Made by a program: the position numbers and the translations under genes. From NCBI GenBank assembly GCA_965549635.1, contig CBEVHI010000001.1:1-46201 (forward strand): a stretch of DNA of 46,201 bases, read 5' to 3'. The notes beneath the pieces were generated by a model. That model ran no database searches. It was not told the DNA's origin and saw only the letters and a program-made list of their open reading frames with translations. Below, in pieces: positions 36,300-44,315 of the stretch (its first letter is position 1; each line of letters opens with the position of its first letter). Source of the stretch: an uncultured bacterium. Its GTDB lineage: Bacteria > Actinomycetota > Acidimicrobiia > Spongiisociales > UBA4744.

Positions 36300-37282
36300 C
36301 GCACGATCCGGGTCCCGGTCTCTCCGGCCACACCGCGTTCGATGTTCTCGGGGTTGGTGATCAGCACTTCCTTGCCACCGGCTTCGAGGTAGGTGATCGC
36401 AGCTTCGATCTTCGGAGCCATGCTGCCCTTGGCAAAGTGGGTACCTTCGGCCAGGTAGCTCTTTGCCTCCTCGAGCGTCAGCCGATCCACCCAGCGTTGC
36501 TCCGGCGTTCCCCAACCGAGCGCCACCTTCTCGACGGCGGTGCTGATCAGGAGCAGGTCGGCATCGAGTTCACCGGCGAGCAAGGCGGAGGCACGATCCT
36601 TGTCGATCACTGCGGGGACACCTCGGAGAGCACCGCTCTCGTCGGCAACCACGGGGATGCCTCCCCCGCCTACGCAGATCACGGCCATACCTTTTGCGAG
36701 CAGATCGCGAATCGCCTCGATTTCCACGATACGTTTGGGCATCGGGGATGCAACGACCCTTCGCCATCCGCGACCGGCGTCTTCCACCACGTTCCAACCG
36801 TCGACCGCGCGCCGCTGTGCGGCTTCTTCGGGCTCCATGAACGATCCGATCGGCTTCGTCGGATGCTCGAAGGCCGGATCGTCGACGGCGACCTCGACCT
36901 GGGTCACGACCGTCGTCACCGTCTTGTCGATGCCGAGACTCAGAAAGTCGTTGTACAGGTTCTGCTGGAGTGCGTACCCGATCGCTCCCTGCGTGTCGGC
37001 ACCACAAGCGTCGAGGGGGACCTCGTGCAGTTCGTGCCTTGCCAGCTCAGAGCGCCGGAGAATGAACCCGACCTGCGGCCCGTTCCCATGGGTGATCGCG
37101 ACATCCCATCCGGCGAGAATGAGTTCGGCGATGTGCTGATCGGTCTCGCCCGCCGCTGCATACTGATCTTGCACCGAGCGGTGCTCGGCATCCTTGATCA
37201 GTGAGTTTCCCCCGATGGCCACGACGGCCAATGGACGTTTGGTGCTGCTCAACGAATCTCGCTTTCTCGGTGCCTGGGGCAC
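36296..37282 (-). CDS. arcC: carbamate kinase
   Basis: 328 aa. Motifs VVAIGGNSL and ITHGNGPQVG and the amino-acid-kinase fold continue to the C-terminal GT.I. GTG start. A slightly shorter N-terminus is possible. Confidence 0.92.
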   Translation of the reverse strand: MPQAPRKRDSLSSTKRPLAVVAIGGNSLIKDAEHRSVQDQYAAAGETDQHIAELILAGWDVAITHGNGPQVGFILRRSELARHELHEVPLDACGADTQGAIGYALQQNLYNDFLSLGIDKTVTTVVTQVEVAVDDPAFEHPTKPIGSFMEPEEAAQRRAVDGWNVVEDAGRGWRRVVASPMPKRIVEIEAIRDLLAKGMAVICVGGGGIPVVADESGALRGVPAVIDKDRASALLAGELDADLLLISTAVEKVALGWGTPEQRWVDRLTLEEAKSYLAEGTHFAKGSMAPKIEAAITYLEAGGKEVLITNPENIERGVAGETGTRIVR

Positions 37283-37288
37283 CGGTTC

Positions 37289-38263
37289 CTACATGGTCAG
37301 GGCCATCACGGCTTTCTGTGCGTGGAGTCGGTTCTCGGCCTGGTCGAAGACGACACTGTGCGGACCATCCACGACGGCGTCGGTGACTTCGACGTTGCGG
37401 TCGGCTGGGAGGGGATGCATGTAGATGGCGTCTTCTGCTGCCAGAGCCATGCGCCGTTCGTCGGTAATCCAATCGGTGTACTTGGAACCGATCTCAGCCG
37501 ACTCCGCTTCGTCGGTCGTCGTCAGCATCGCTCCCCAGCTCTTGGCATACACCACATCGGCGTCGCGGAAGCCGTCATCGAAGTTCTCGAGGATCTCGAA
37601 CGAGCCGTTCGATCTGCGGGCGTTTTCCTCCGCCTGCGCGACGATGTCCGGCATCAGTTTGAACTCGGGGGGGCGGGTGAGGCGAACGTTCATGCCGAAT
37701 CGTGTTGCCAGCAGAATCAAGCTCTGTGGCACGCTCAATGGCTTCTGGTAGCTCGACGCATACGCATAGCTCACGTTGAGCGTGCGACCGCGAGGATCGC
37801 CCTTCTTCTCGATGATCGTCATCATGTCGGCGAGGATCTGATGGGGGTGGTACATCTCGCATTGCATATTCAGCACGGGCACCCTGCTCGCCTCGGCGAC
37901 CGCTCGCTGGTAGGCGTTGCCGACACCCCAGTCGACCTGTCGGATCGCTATGCCGGCGCTGTAGCGGCCGAGGATCTCGCCGATCTCCGTTGCCGTGTCG
38001 CCGTGGCTGATCTGCGTCGTGCGGGACTCCATGAACATCGCATGTCCGCCCAGCTGGGCCATGCCGGCCTCGAAGCTCGCCCTCGTTCGAGTGCTGGAGA
38101 AGAAGAACAGCATCGCCAGCACTTTGTCCCTCAGGTAGGCGTGCGGTTCGCCCAGAGCCTGCTTGCGCTTGAGGTCGAGAGCGACACTCAACACGGTATC
38201 GATCTCTTCCTTGGTCCATTCCTGGGTCGTGATCATGTCCCGACCCTTCAATCCGGTCTGCAT
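37289..38263 (-). CDS. ornithine-carbamoyltransferase-fold enzyme of the acetylornithine-CTase/YgeW-like (non-canonical) type
   Basis: 324 aa. It carries the carbamoyl-phosphate motifs SSTRTR, HPHQ and HPLPA. The ornithine-binding D..(x)SMG motif is replaced by DVVYAKSWGAM. Confidence 0.85.
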   Translation of the reverse strand: MQTGLKGRDMITTQEWTKEEIDTVLSVALDLKRKQALGEPHAYLRDKVLAMLFFFSSTRTRASFEAGMAQLGGHAMFMESRTTQISHGDTATEIGEILGRYSAGIAIRQVDWGVGNAYQRAVAEASRVPVLNMQCEMYHPHQILADMMTIIEKKGDPRGRTLNVSYAYASSYQKPLSVPQSLILLATRFGMNVRLTRPPEFKLMPDIVAQAEENARRSNGSFEILENFDDGFRDADVVYAKSWGAMLTTTDEAESAEIGSKYTDWITDERRMALAAEDAIYMHPLPADRNVEVTDAVVDGPHSVVFDQAENRLHAQKAVMALTM

Positions 38264-38312
38264 GCTTGTGCTCCAGTCCTCTCGAGCTGAGTTTCTCTCA
38301 GTCTTTGATCCT

Positions 38313-38392
38313 CGTACCTGGTACCTCGTACGCGACCATCGTCGCCATCGACCGCGGGGCGGGCCGCACCGAGATACCAGGCACCAGGTACG
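38313..38392 (-). promoter_or_regulatory. structured 5' leader: two GUAC-heptad triplets forming a 19-bp imperfect inverted repeat around a 42-nt GC-rich insert
   Basis: The arms at 38313-38331 (CGTACCTGGTACCTCGTAC) and 38374-38392 (ATACCAGGCACCAGGTACG) pair over 19 positions on the minus-strand RNA: 16 Watson-Crick pairs, two G-U pairs and one mismatch. The insert holds the hairpin GCGAC-CATC-GTCGC (38332-38345). A further hairpin, CTGAG-TTTCT-CTCAG, lies at 38287-38301. Confidence 0.6.
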
Positions 38393-38400
38393 TCTTCTTC

Positions 38401-39354
38401 CTACTCCATCGCGCCCAGTACGAGCGAGAGCAGAGCCATGCGCATGACGACCCCGTTGTACGCCTCCTGCCAGTAGCGGGCGTGCTTCGTCGCATCCACA
38501 TCGGGCGGGAGCTCATCCATGCGTGGCAACGAGTGCAGAATGATGGCATCCGACTTCGCCTTGTCCGCAAGCAGCGCTCTGGTGACTTTGTAGTTGTCCG
38601 GCGTCTGACCGGTCTCGCCTGCTCGCTCGTCGCGGCCCTTGGTGTAGTCGGCCTGAACCACCGGCTCCATGTAGATCACGTCGGCTTCACCGATGACATC
38701 GCTGATGTGCTCGGCGGTCCTCACGAAGAGGTTCTGTTCGGCGAGTTCGGCCTTGAAGTCGTCGGTGAGTGACATCTCCGGCGGGGCGACGGAGATCATC
38801 TGGGCGTCGAACTGCGTCAGCGCGTAGCCGAGCGAGTGCATGGTGCGCATGCGCATGTCGCCGATCGCCACGAAGGTCAGGCCGTCGATCGTCCCCACTT
38901 CGGTCAGCACCGTGTAGAGGTCGGTGAGGATCTGCGTCGGGTGCTCGCCCCATCCGTCACCCGCGTTGATGACCGGCACACTGGACCACTTCGCGGCCTC
39001 GTGCGGTGCGCCCTGCTGGAAGTGACGCATGACGATCGCATCGCCGTAGTACTCCAGCATGTGCACGGTGTCCTTGATCGACTCCTGGTAGAAGTCGCCG
39101 GCGCGCGTCATCTTGGCATCCGAGAAGCCCAGCACGTGACCACCGAGACGATGCATCGCAGCCTCGTGGGCCATCCGGGTGCGTGTCGACGGCTGGTAGA
39201 AGGCGGTCAGCAGCGTCTTGTCGGCCAGCAGGTCCGTATTGCGCCGTTCCCGAGCGATCGGTTCCAGTTCGGAAGCCGTCTCGAACACATGCTCGAACTC
39301 GGCCCTCTCAAACCCTTTGAGGGACAGAATGTCCCGCCCGGCGAAACTTCTCAT
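38401..39354 (-). CDS. aspartate-carbamoyltransferase-fold paralog (catalytic-chain-like); second substrate uncertain
   Basis: About 317 aa from ATG 39354, with AAGGAG 6 nt upstream. It carries PSTRTR, MRH, HPTQ and HSLPR and is collinear with class B PyrB. No pyrimidine-pathway neighbours are present. Confidence 0.82.
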   Translation of the reverse strand: MRSFAGRDILSLKGFERAEFEHVFETASELEPIARERRNTDLLADKTLLTAFYQPSTRTRMAHEAAMHRLGGHVLGFSDAKMTRAGDFYQESIKDTVHMLEYYGDAIVMRHFQQGAPHEAAKWSSVPVINAGDGWGEHPTQILTDLYTVLTEVGTIDGLTFVAIGDMRMRTMHSLGYALTQFDAQMISVAPPEMSLTDDFKAELAEQNLFVRTAEHISDVIGEADVIYMEPVVQADYTKGRDERAGETGQTPDNYKVTRALLADKAKSDAIILHSLPRMDELPPDVDATKHARYWQEAYNGVVMRMALLSLVLGAME

Positions 39355-39512
39355 GCGCTTCTCCTTCTCCTCGAAGCCGCGCCTCGACCCGAGACGCAGG
39401 TGTGCAGATCGACCCAAGCCTATCTTCTTTTGACCTCCACTGAACCGCGACCGACGACTGGTGTGGCCATCGACCACAAGACCCGCCTCAGGCCGGGTAG
39501 GCTGACCCGAGC

Positions 39513-40682
39513 GTGGCGAGCGAAAGCACATCAACAGGAGCGGCCAGAGGCTTTCGCGCAGTCGCCGGGTCTCTCTTTCCGATCCTCGCCGTTGTCGCCG
39601 CCCTGCTCCTCGGAGCAGTGATGCTCCTGATCCTCGGTGCCAACCCGGTGACCGGCTTCGGCGCGATGATCGATGGAGCGTTCGGAAGTCTGCGCGCCCT
39701 CTCCGACACGGCAGCGAAGGCCGTTCCGCTGCTCCTCGTCGGCGTCGGAATCACGATCGCCTTCCGAGCGAACGTGATCAACATCGGCGGTGAGGGACAG
39801 ATCATCCTCGGCGCACTGTTCGGAACAGCACTCGCCTTGTTGATGCCCAACCTCCCGGCGTGGCTGCTTCTGCCCGGCGTGCTCTTCGCCGGTTTCGTCG
39901 GAGGCGCCCTGTGGGGGGCGATTCCCGGAGCCTTGAAGGCGTACTTCAACGTCAACGAGATTCTGAGCACGATCATGCTCAACATCGTCGCCGTTCAAGG
40001 CATGAACTTCCTTCTCCGCGGGCCGATGATGGACCCTGCAGAGATCGAGGCCGGCAGCCGCATCCCTCAGACCACCAGACTCGCGGAGGCAGCCGACCTG
40101 CCGGTCCTCATCAAGGGCACGCGACTGAACGGCGGAGTGATCATCGCGGTCGTCGCTGCCGTCGTCGTCTACTTCTTCCTCTGGCGGATGACCTCGGGTT
40201 TCCGGATTCGCGCCGTTGGGTTCAATCCCCACGCCTCCCGCTACGCGGGCATTCACGTGCAACGATCGGTCGTCCTCGCCCTCACCCTCAGCGGGGCGCT
40301 GTGCGGCCTCGCCGGCGTGGTTCTGGTCTTCGGCAGCGAGTCTCACCGGTTCGTCACCGATGGGTCCTCGACAGGGTTCACCGGCAGTGCCGGGTTCAAC
40401 GGCATCGTCGCCGCGCTCTTCGGCGGCCTCCATCCCCTCGGAACGATCCCTGCGTCGTTCCTCTTCGGGGCGCTGCTGGTCGGGGCGAACAAACTGCAGC
40501 GCGCCGTGCAAGTCCCTGCAGCCCTCATCATTGCGTTGAACGGGCTTGTCGTCGTGTTCGTCGTCAGTAGCGCCATCTGGAAGCGGCGCCTCGATCAACG
40601 GTTCCTCTTGAGGGCCGCGACCGCCGACCAGGTCGAAGCCGATGAGGAGGCCACGCAGTCAGGAGCCCCTCCCGATGGGTGA
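39513..40682 (+). CDS. ABC transporter permease (BMP/nucleoside-type, YufP/NupB-like)
   Basis: 389 aa and polytopic. The N-terminal pattern ..ILAVVAALLLGAVMLLILGANP and a central INIGGEGQ motif are typical of the branched sugar/nucleoside permease family. GTG start. Confidence 0.85.
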   Translation: MASESTSTGAARGFRAVAGSLFPILAVVAALLLGAVMLLILGANPVTGFGAMIDGAFGSLRALSDTAAKAVPLLLVGVGITIAFRANVINIGGEGQIILGALFGTALALLMPNLPAWLLLPGVLFAGFVGGALWGAIPGALKAYFNVNEILSTIMLNIVAVQGMNFLLRGPMMDPAEIEAGSRIPQTTRLAEAADLPVLIKGTRLNGGVIIAVVAAVVVYFFLWRMTSGFRIRAVGFNPHASRYAGIHVQRSVVLALTLSGALCGLAGVVLVFGSESHRFVTDGSSTGFTGSAGFNGIVAALFGGLHPLGTIPASFLFGALLVGANKLQRAVQVPAALIIALNGLVVVFVVSSAIWKRRLDQRFLLRAATADQVEADEEATQSGAPPDG

Positions 40683-41607
40683 GTTCTTCACCGCGGCGGT
40701 GCTGGTCTCGACGATCAGTTCCGGAATCCGGCTTGCCACGTCCTACCTCTACGCGGCGATTGGCGAGACGTTCGGGCAACGCAGCGGCGTGCTCAACCTG
40801 GGCGTCGACGGCATCATGCTCCTGGGCGCGTTTGGCGCCTACTACACGGTCCTCAAGACGGGCAATCTGTGGCTCGCTTTGGTGGTTGCGGCCGGTATCG
40901 GACTCATCATGGGACTTGCCATGGCGTTCGCCAGCGTCACTCTGCAGGCCGAGCAGGGGATCAGCGGGATCGGCTTCTACTTGTTTGGCCTCGGCATGAG
41001 CGATCTCCTCTTCCAGAAGCTCGTCGGGACGCCGCTTCCCATTCAAGGCTTCCCTGCCATCCACCTTCCGGTGCTGAGTGACATTCCCGTCGTCGGGGAT
41101 CTGCTCTTCTCCCACAGCCTGATGGTGTATGGAGCGTTCCTGCTCGTTCCGGCAGCTGCCTTCGTTCTCAACAAGACCACCATTGGCCTGAAGATACGAT
41201 CCGTCGGAGAGAATCCCGAGGCGGTCGACACCCTCGGCGTCTCGGTGGCAAAGGTCCGCTACGCGACGGTCATGTTCGGCAGCATGCTGGCCGGAATCGG
41301 AGGGGCAGCACTGGCCACAGAACTCGGGATCTTCCAGCAGAACCTGACGGCCGGACAGGGTTTCATCGCCGTCGCCCTCGTCTACTTCGGCGCATGGCGC
41401 CCCCTCGGCGTGATGCTCGGCGCACTGTTGTACGGATTCGTCGCAGCCATCGTCCTGCAGCTCAAGACGCTTGACGTCATCCCCCGCAGCGCATCGGACC
41501 TTGCGGCAATGCTCCCCGCCCTCATCACGATTCTTGCCCTCGTCGTTGCCGTCCAGAGAGATCGGCAACCGGCAGCACTGACCAAGCCCTATCAAAGAGG
41601 GGAATGA
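40675..41607 (+). CDS. ABC transporter permease (second subunit, YufQ/NupC-like)
   Basis: About 310 aa. N-terminus LATSYLYAAIGETFGQRSGVLNLGVDG is typical. Start set to ATG 40675, overlapping the upstream stop by 8 nt. Confidence 0.85.
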   Translation: MGEFFTAAVLVSTISSGIRLATSYLYAAIGETFGQRSGVLNLGVDGIMLLGAFGAYYTVLKTGNLWLALVVAAGIGLIMGLAMAFASVTLQAEQGISGIGFYLFGLGMSDLLFQKLVGTPLPIQGFPAIHLPVLSDIPVVGDLLFSHSLMVYGAFLLVPAAAFVLNKTTIGLKIRSVGENPEAVDTLGVSVAKVRYATVMFGSMLAGIGGAALATELGIFQQNLTAGQGFIAVALVYFGAWRPLGVMLGALLYGFVAAIVLQLKTLDVIPRSASDLAAMLPALITILALVVAVQRDRQPAALTKPYQRGE

Positions 41608-41630
41608 CCAGACAGAAAGGAAGACACCCA

Positions 41631-42665
41631 ATGCGGAAACTATTGATTATCGGCGTGCTCGTGCTTGCACTCATCGCCACGGCTTGTTCGAGCGGAACGA
41701 CAGAGACCACTGCCGCCCCGGCAACAACTGCGGCGGCCGCCACGACCGCCGCGCCTGCGGAGCCATTCAAGGTTGCGCTGATCGCACCGAGCGCCATCAA
41801 CGATCTGGCGTTCACGCAGAGCATGAACGACGCACTCACCAAGATCCAGAGCGACATGGGCGGCGAATCGGCAATGGAGATTGCGGTCACCGATGGAACG
41901 TTCGTCGTCGAGGACGCCGCCGCGGCGATCCGTGACTACGCCAACGATGGCTACGACCTCGTGATCGCCCACGGTTCGCAGTACGGAGGCTCTCTGAAGG
42001 AGATCGCGCCGGACTTTCCCGACACGTCCTTCGCGTGGGGGACGGCAGGAGACACGTTCGGCCTGCCGAACGTCTTCGCCTATGAGGCCGCATCCGAAGA
42101 AGGCGGCTACGTCATGGGTGTGATGGCAGCTGCCCTGTCCGAATCGGGCGTGCTCGGTGTCGTTGGGCCGATCGAGGTCGGCGATGCCAAACGCTATGTG
42201 GATGGATTCGCGGCGGGAGCGGTCGCCCAGGATGCCGCGGCCGACGTGAAGATCAACTACACGGGGTCCTTCAGCGACGTGGCACTCGCAGCCGAGGCGG
42301 CACGAGCAGAGATCGGCGCAGGTGCCGATGTCCTCACCGGGACCGCGCAGATGGTCGTCGGAGCGGTTGGCGTCGCCAAAGATGACGGTGTGCTGTGGTT
42401 CGGAACCCAGGCAGACCAGACGCAGCTCGCTCCGGACATCGTCGTCGCTTCGCAGGTGTACCACTGGGAGGTCGTCATCCAGGAGATCATCGACCTGATG
42501 GACCAGGGGACGATGGGCGGCAAGTCGTTCTCCGTGGATCTCGCCAACGGTGGTGAGGTCGTCGCCTTCAACCCCGGATTTGACCTGCCTGCTGACGTGA
42601 AGCAACTCGCCGAGGACACGATCGCGGGTATCTCGGACGGATCGATCAACCCGCCACGACCGTAG
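41631..42665 (+). CDS. BMP-family (PnrA/Med-like) ABC substrate-binding lipoprotein
   Basis: Signal peptide with lipobox (LIATAC), an Ala/Thr-rich linker, then FKVALI.PS.INDL.F of basic-membrane-protein-type purine/nucleoside binders. AAAGGAAG RBS precedes ATG 41631. Confidence 0.88.
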   Translation: MRKLLIIGVLVLALIATACSSGTTETTAAPATTAAAATTAAPAEPFKVALIAPSAINDLAFTQSMNDALTKIQSDMGGESAMEIAVTDGTFVVEDAAAAIRDYANDGYDLVIAHGSQYGGSLKEIAPDFPDTSFAWGTAGDTFGLPNVFAYEAASEEGGYVMGVMAAALSESGVLGVVGPIEVGDAKRYVDGFAAGAVAQDAAADVKINYTGSFSDVALAAEAARAEIGAGADVLTGTAQMVVGAVGVAKDDGVLWFGTQADQTQLAPDIVVASQVYHWEVVIQEIIDLMDQGTMGGKSFSVDLANGGEVVAFNPGFDLPADVKQLAEDTIAGISDGSINPPRP

Positions 42666-42678
42666 GGAGAGAACAGGC

Positions 42679-44268
42679 ATGGCACCTCGGGGAACTGATC
42701 CCGGATCACCAACCGCTGCAACAGGGCAGACCGGTATCGATCTGGAGATGCGCGGCATCGTCAAGCAGTTCCCCGGGGTGCTCGCCAGTGATCACGTCGA
42801 CTTCGACGTTCGCAGAGGCGAGATCCACACCCTGCTCGGAGAGAACGGCGCCGGGAAGTCGACGCTGATGAAGATTCTCTACGGGCTCCATCAACCAGAT
42901 GAGGGTCAGATCGTGATCGATGGAGAACCGGTCACGATCCACTCCCCCGCCGACGCCATAGCTCACGGCATCGGGATGATCCACCAGCACTTCATGCTGG
43001 TCGAGACGATCACCGTCGCAGAGAATGTGGCGCTCGGTCTCCCATCGTCGCGGGGGATGCTGATGGATCTCGAGGTGGTGTCGGAGCGCATCCATGAGCT
43101 TTCGGAGACCTACGGCATCAAGGTCGACCCGAGTGCGTATGTCTGGCAGCTGTCCGTCGGCGAACAGCAGCGGGTCGAGATCATCAAGGCCCTCTATCGC
43201 AACGCGGCCCTGCTTGCACTCGACGAACCGACCGCGGTGCTGACCCCCCAGGAAGTCGACGACCTCTTCGTCACCCTTCGAGCCATGGCCGCCGACGGCC
43301 ACCCGCTCATCTTCATCTCCCACAAACTGCACGAGGTGCTCGACATCAGCGATCGCATCACCGTGCTGCGGAATGGACGAAAGATGGGGACCGTACCTGC
43401 GCAAGGAGCCACCAGGGCCAGCCTCGCTCGGATGATGGTGGGGCGCGAGGTGGTCCTCGAACGCGACCGCAAACCCGCCACCATCGGCGCTCCTCGCCTC
43501 GAGGTCAGGGAACTCAAGGCGCTGAACGACCGGGGGCTCGAAGCACTCCGGGGGATCGATCTGGAGGTCCGCTCGGGAGAGATCCTGGCGATCGCCGGAG
43601 TCTCAGGAAACGGTCAGCGGGAACTGGCACAGGTGATCGCCGGTCTCAGGCCCCCCACAGAGGGAAGTGTCCTGTTGGACGGTACCGACGTCAGTCGCTG
43701 GGAACCGCGAAAGCGCCGCGACGCCGGCCTCGCCTACATACCGGAGAAGCGGATGCGTGACGCAGCCATCCAGCAGTTCACCGTCGCAGAGAATCTCATG
43801 CTGCACGACTACGACAGACCCCCTTTCGCGCGAGCAGGGTTTCTCGACTTCGGGCAGATCGAACGACACTGCGAGCAACTGATCGAAGATTTCCGTGTGA
43901 AGACGCCAACTCAGGCGACCCCCCTGCGAGCGCTGTCCGGCGGCAACATCCAGAAGATGGTCCTGGCCAGAGAACTGTCGGGAAACCCGAAGGTGCTGAT
44001 TGCGGCCCAACCGACACGGGGGGTGGACATCGGCGCCACCGAATACATCCACCAACGCCTTCTCGACCAGCGTTTCATTCACGAGAAGCTCCTGAGCCAG
44101 CGAAAAGCAGGAACGGCGACACTGCTCATCTCTGAGGATCTCGACGAAATCCTGGCCCTCGCCGATCGGATCGCCGTGATCTACGAGGGGACGATCATGG
44201 GCATCCTCGATCGCGACGACGCCACGGTGGAGCAGCTCGGTTTGATGATGGCCGGCGTCACCGAATAG
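42679..44268 (+). CDS. ABC transporter ATP-binding protein with duplicated ATPase domains
   Basis: 529 aa. Domain 1 has Walker A GENGAGKST, signature LSVGEQQR and Walker B LLALDEPT. A second, degenerate domain has GVSGNGQ, LSGGNIQK and LLISEDLDE. Confidence 0.92.
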   Translation: MAPRGTDPGSPTAATGQTGIDLEMRGIVKQFPGVLASDHVDFDVRRGEIHTLLGENGAGKSTLMKILYGLHQPDEGQIVIDGEPVTIHSPADAIAHGIGMIHQHFMLVETITVAENVALGLPSSRGMLMDLEVVSERIHELSETYGIKVDPSAYVWQLSVGEQQRVEIIKALYRNAALLALDEPTAVLTPQEVDDLFVTLRAMAADGHPLIFISHKLHEVLDISDRITVLRNGRKMGTVPAQGATRASLARMMVGREVVLERDRKPATIGAPRLEVRELKALNDRGLEALRGIDLEVRSGEILAIAGVSGNGQRELAQVIAGLRPPTEGSVLLDGTDVSRWEPRKRRDAGLAYIPEKRMRDAAIQQFTVAENLMLHDYDRPPFARAGFLDFGQIERHCEQLIEDFRVKTPTQATPLRALSGGNIQKMVLARELSGNPKVLIAAQPTRGVDIGATEYIHQRLLDQRFIHEKLLSQRKAGTATLLISEDLDEILALADRIAVIYEGTIMGILDRDDATVEQLGLMMAGVTE

Positions 44269-44278
44269 GACCGTTCTT

Positions 44279-44315
44279 GTGACGCTCGACGCGGATAGTC
44301 CGAGCGAAGCGTCAC
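44279..44315. terminator. hairpin between the convergent ABC ATPase and YgfK-like genes
   Basis: GTGACGCT...AGCGTCAC forms an 8-bp outer stem, with partial inner pairing. It spans the 43-nt convergent gap and overlaps the YgfK-like stop codon. There is no clear U-tract. Confidence 0.35.

Noticed and set aside
38401-39354. Calling this gene the housekeeping pyrB
   Set aside because: The context is catabolic (carbamate kinase and a second carbamoyltransferase downstream, no pyr genes). Apparent substitutions at aspartate-binding positions also argue against it. It is kept as an ATCase-fold paralog of uncertain substrate.
39355-39512. Purine (guanine/adenine) riboswitch in the divergent region between the ATCase-fold gene and the ABC importer
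   Set aside because: I could not find the conserved three-way-junction core (the U-rich and ACCGUAAA-like loops), and no terminator-like hairpin follows.
34083-39621. Plus-strand ORFs (34083..35054, 35232..36392, 36437..37204, 37322..38290, 38836..39621) opposite the catabolic operon
   Set aside because: All are antisense shadows of minus-strand genes that carry strong PLP, carbamate-kinase or carbamoyltransferase motifs.
39531-42764. Three ~355-374-aa minus-strand ORFs antisense to the ABC permeases and binding protein
   Set aside because: Their composition is highly charged and Arg/Asp/Gly-rich, unlike real proteins. The plus-strand genes show permease, lipoprotein and ATPase signatures with good RBS and overlap logic.
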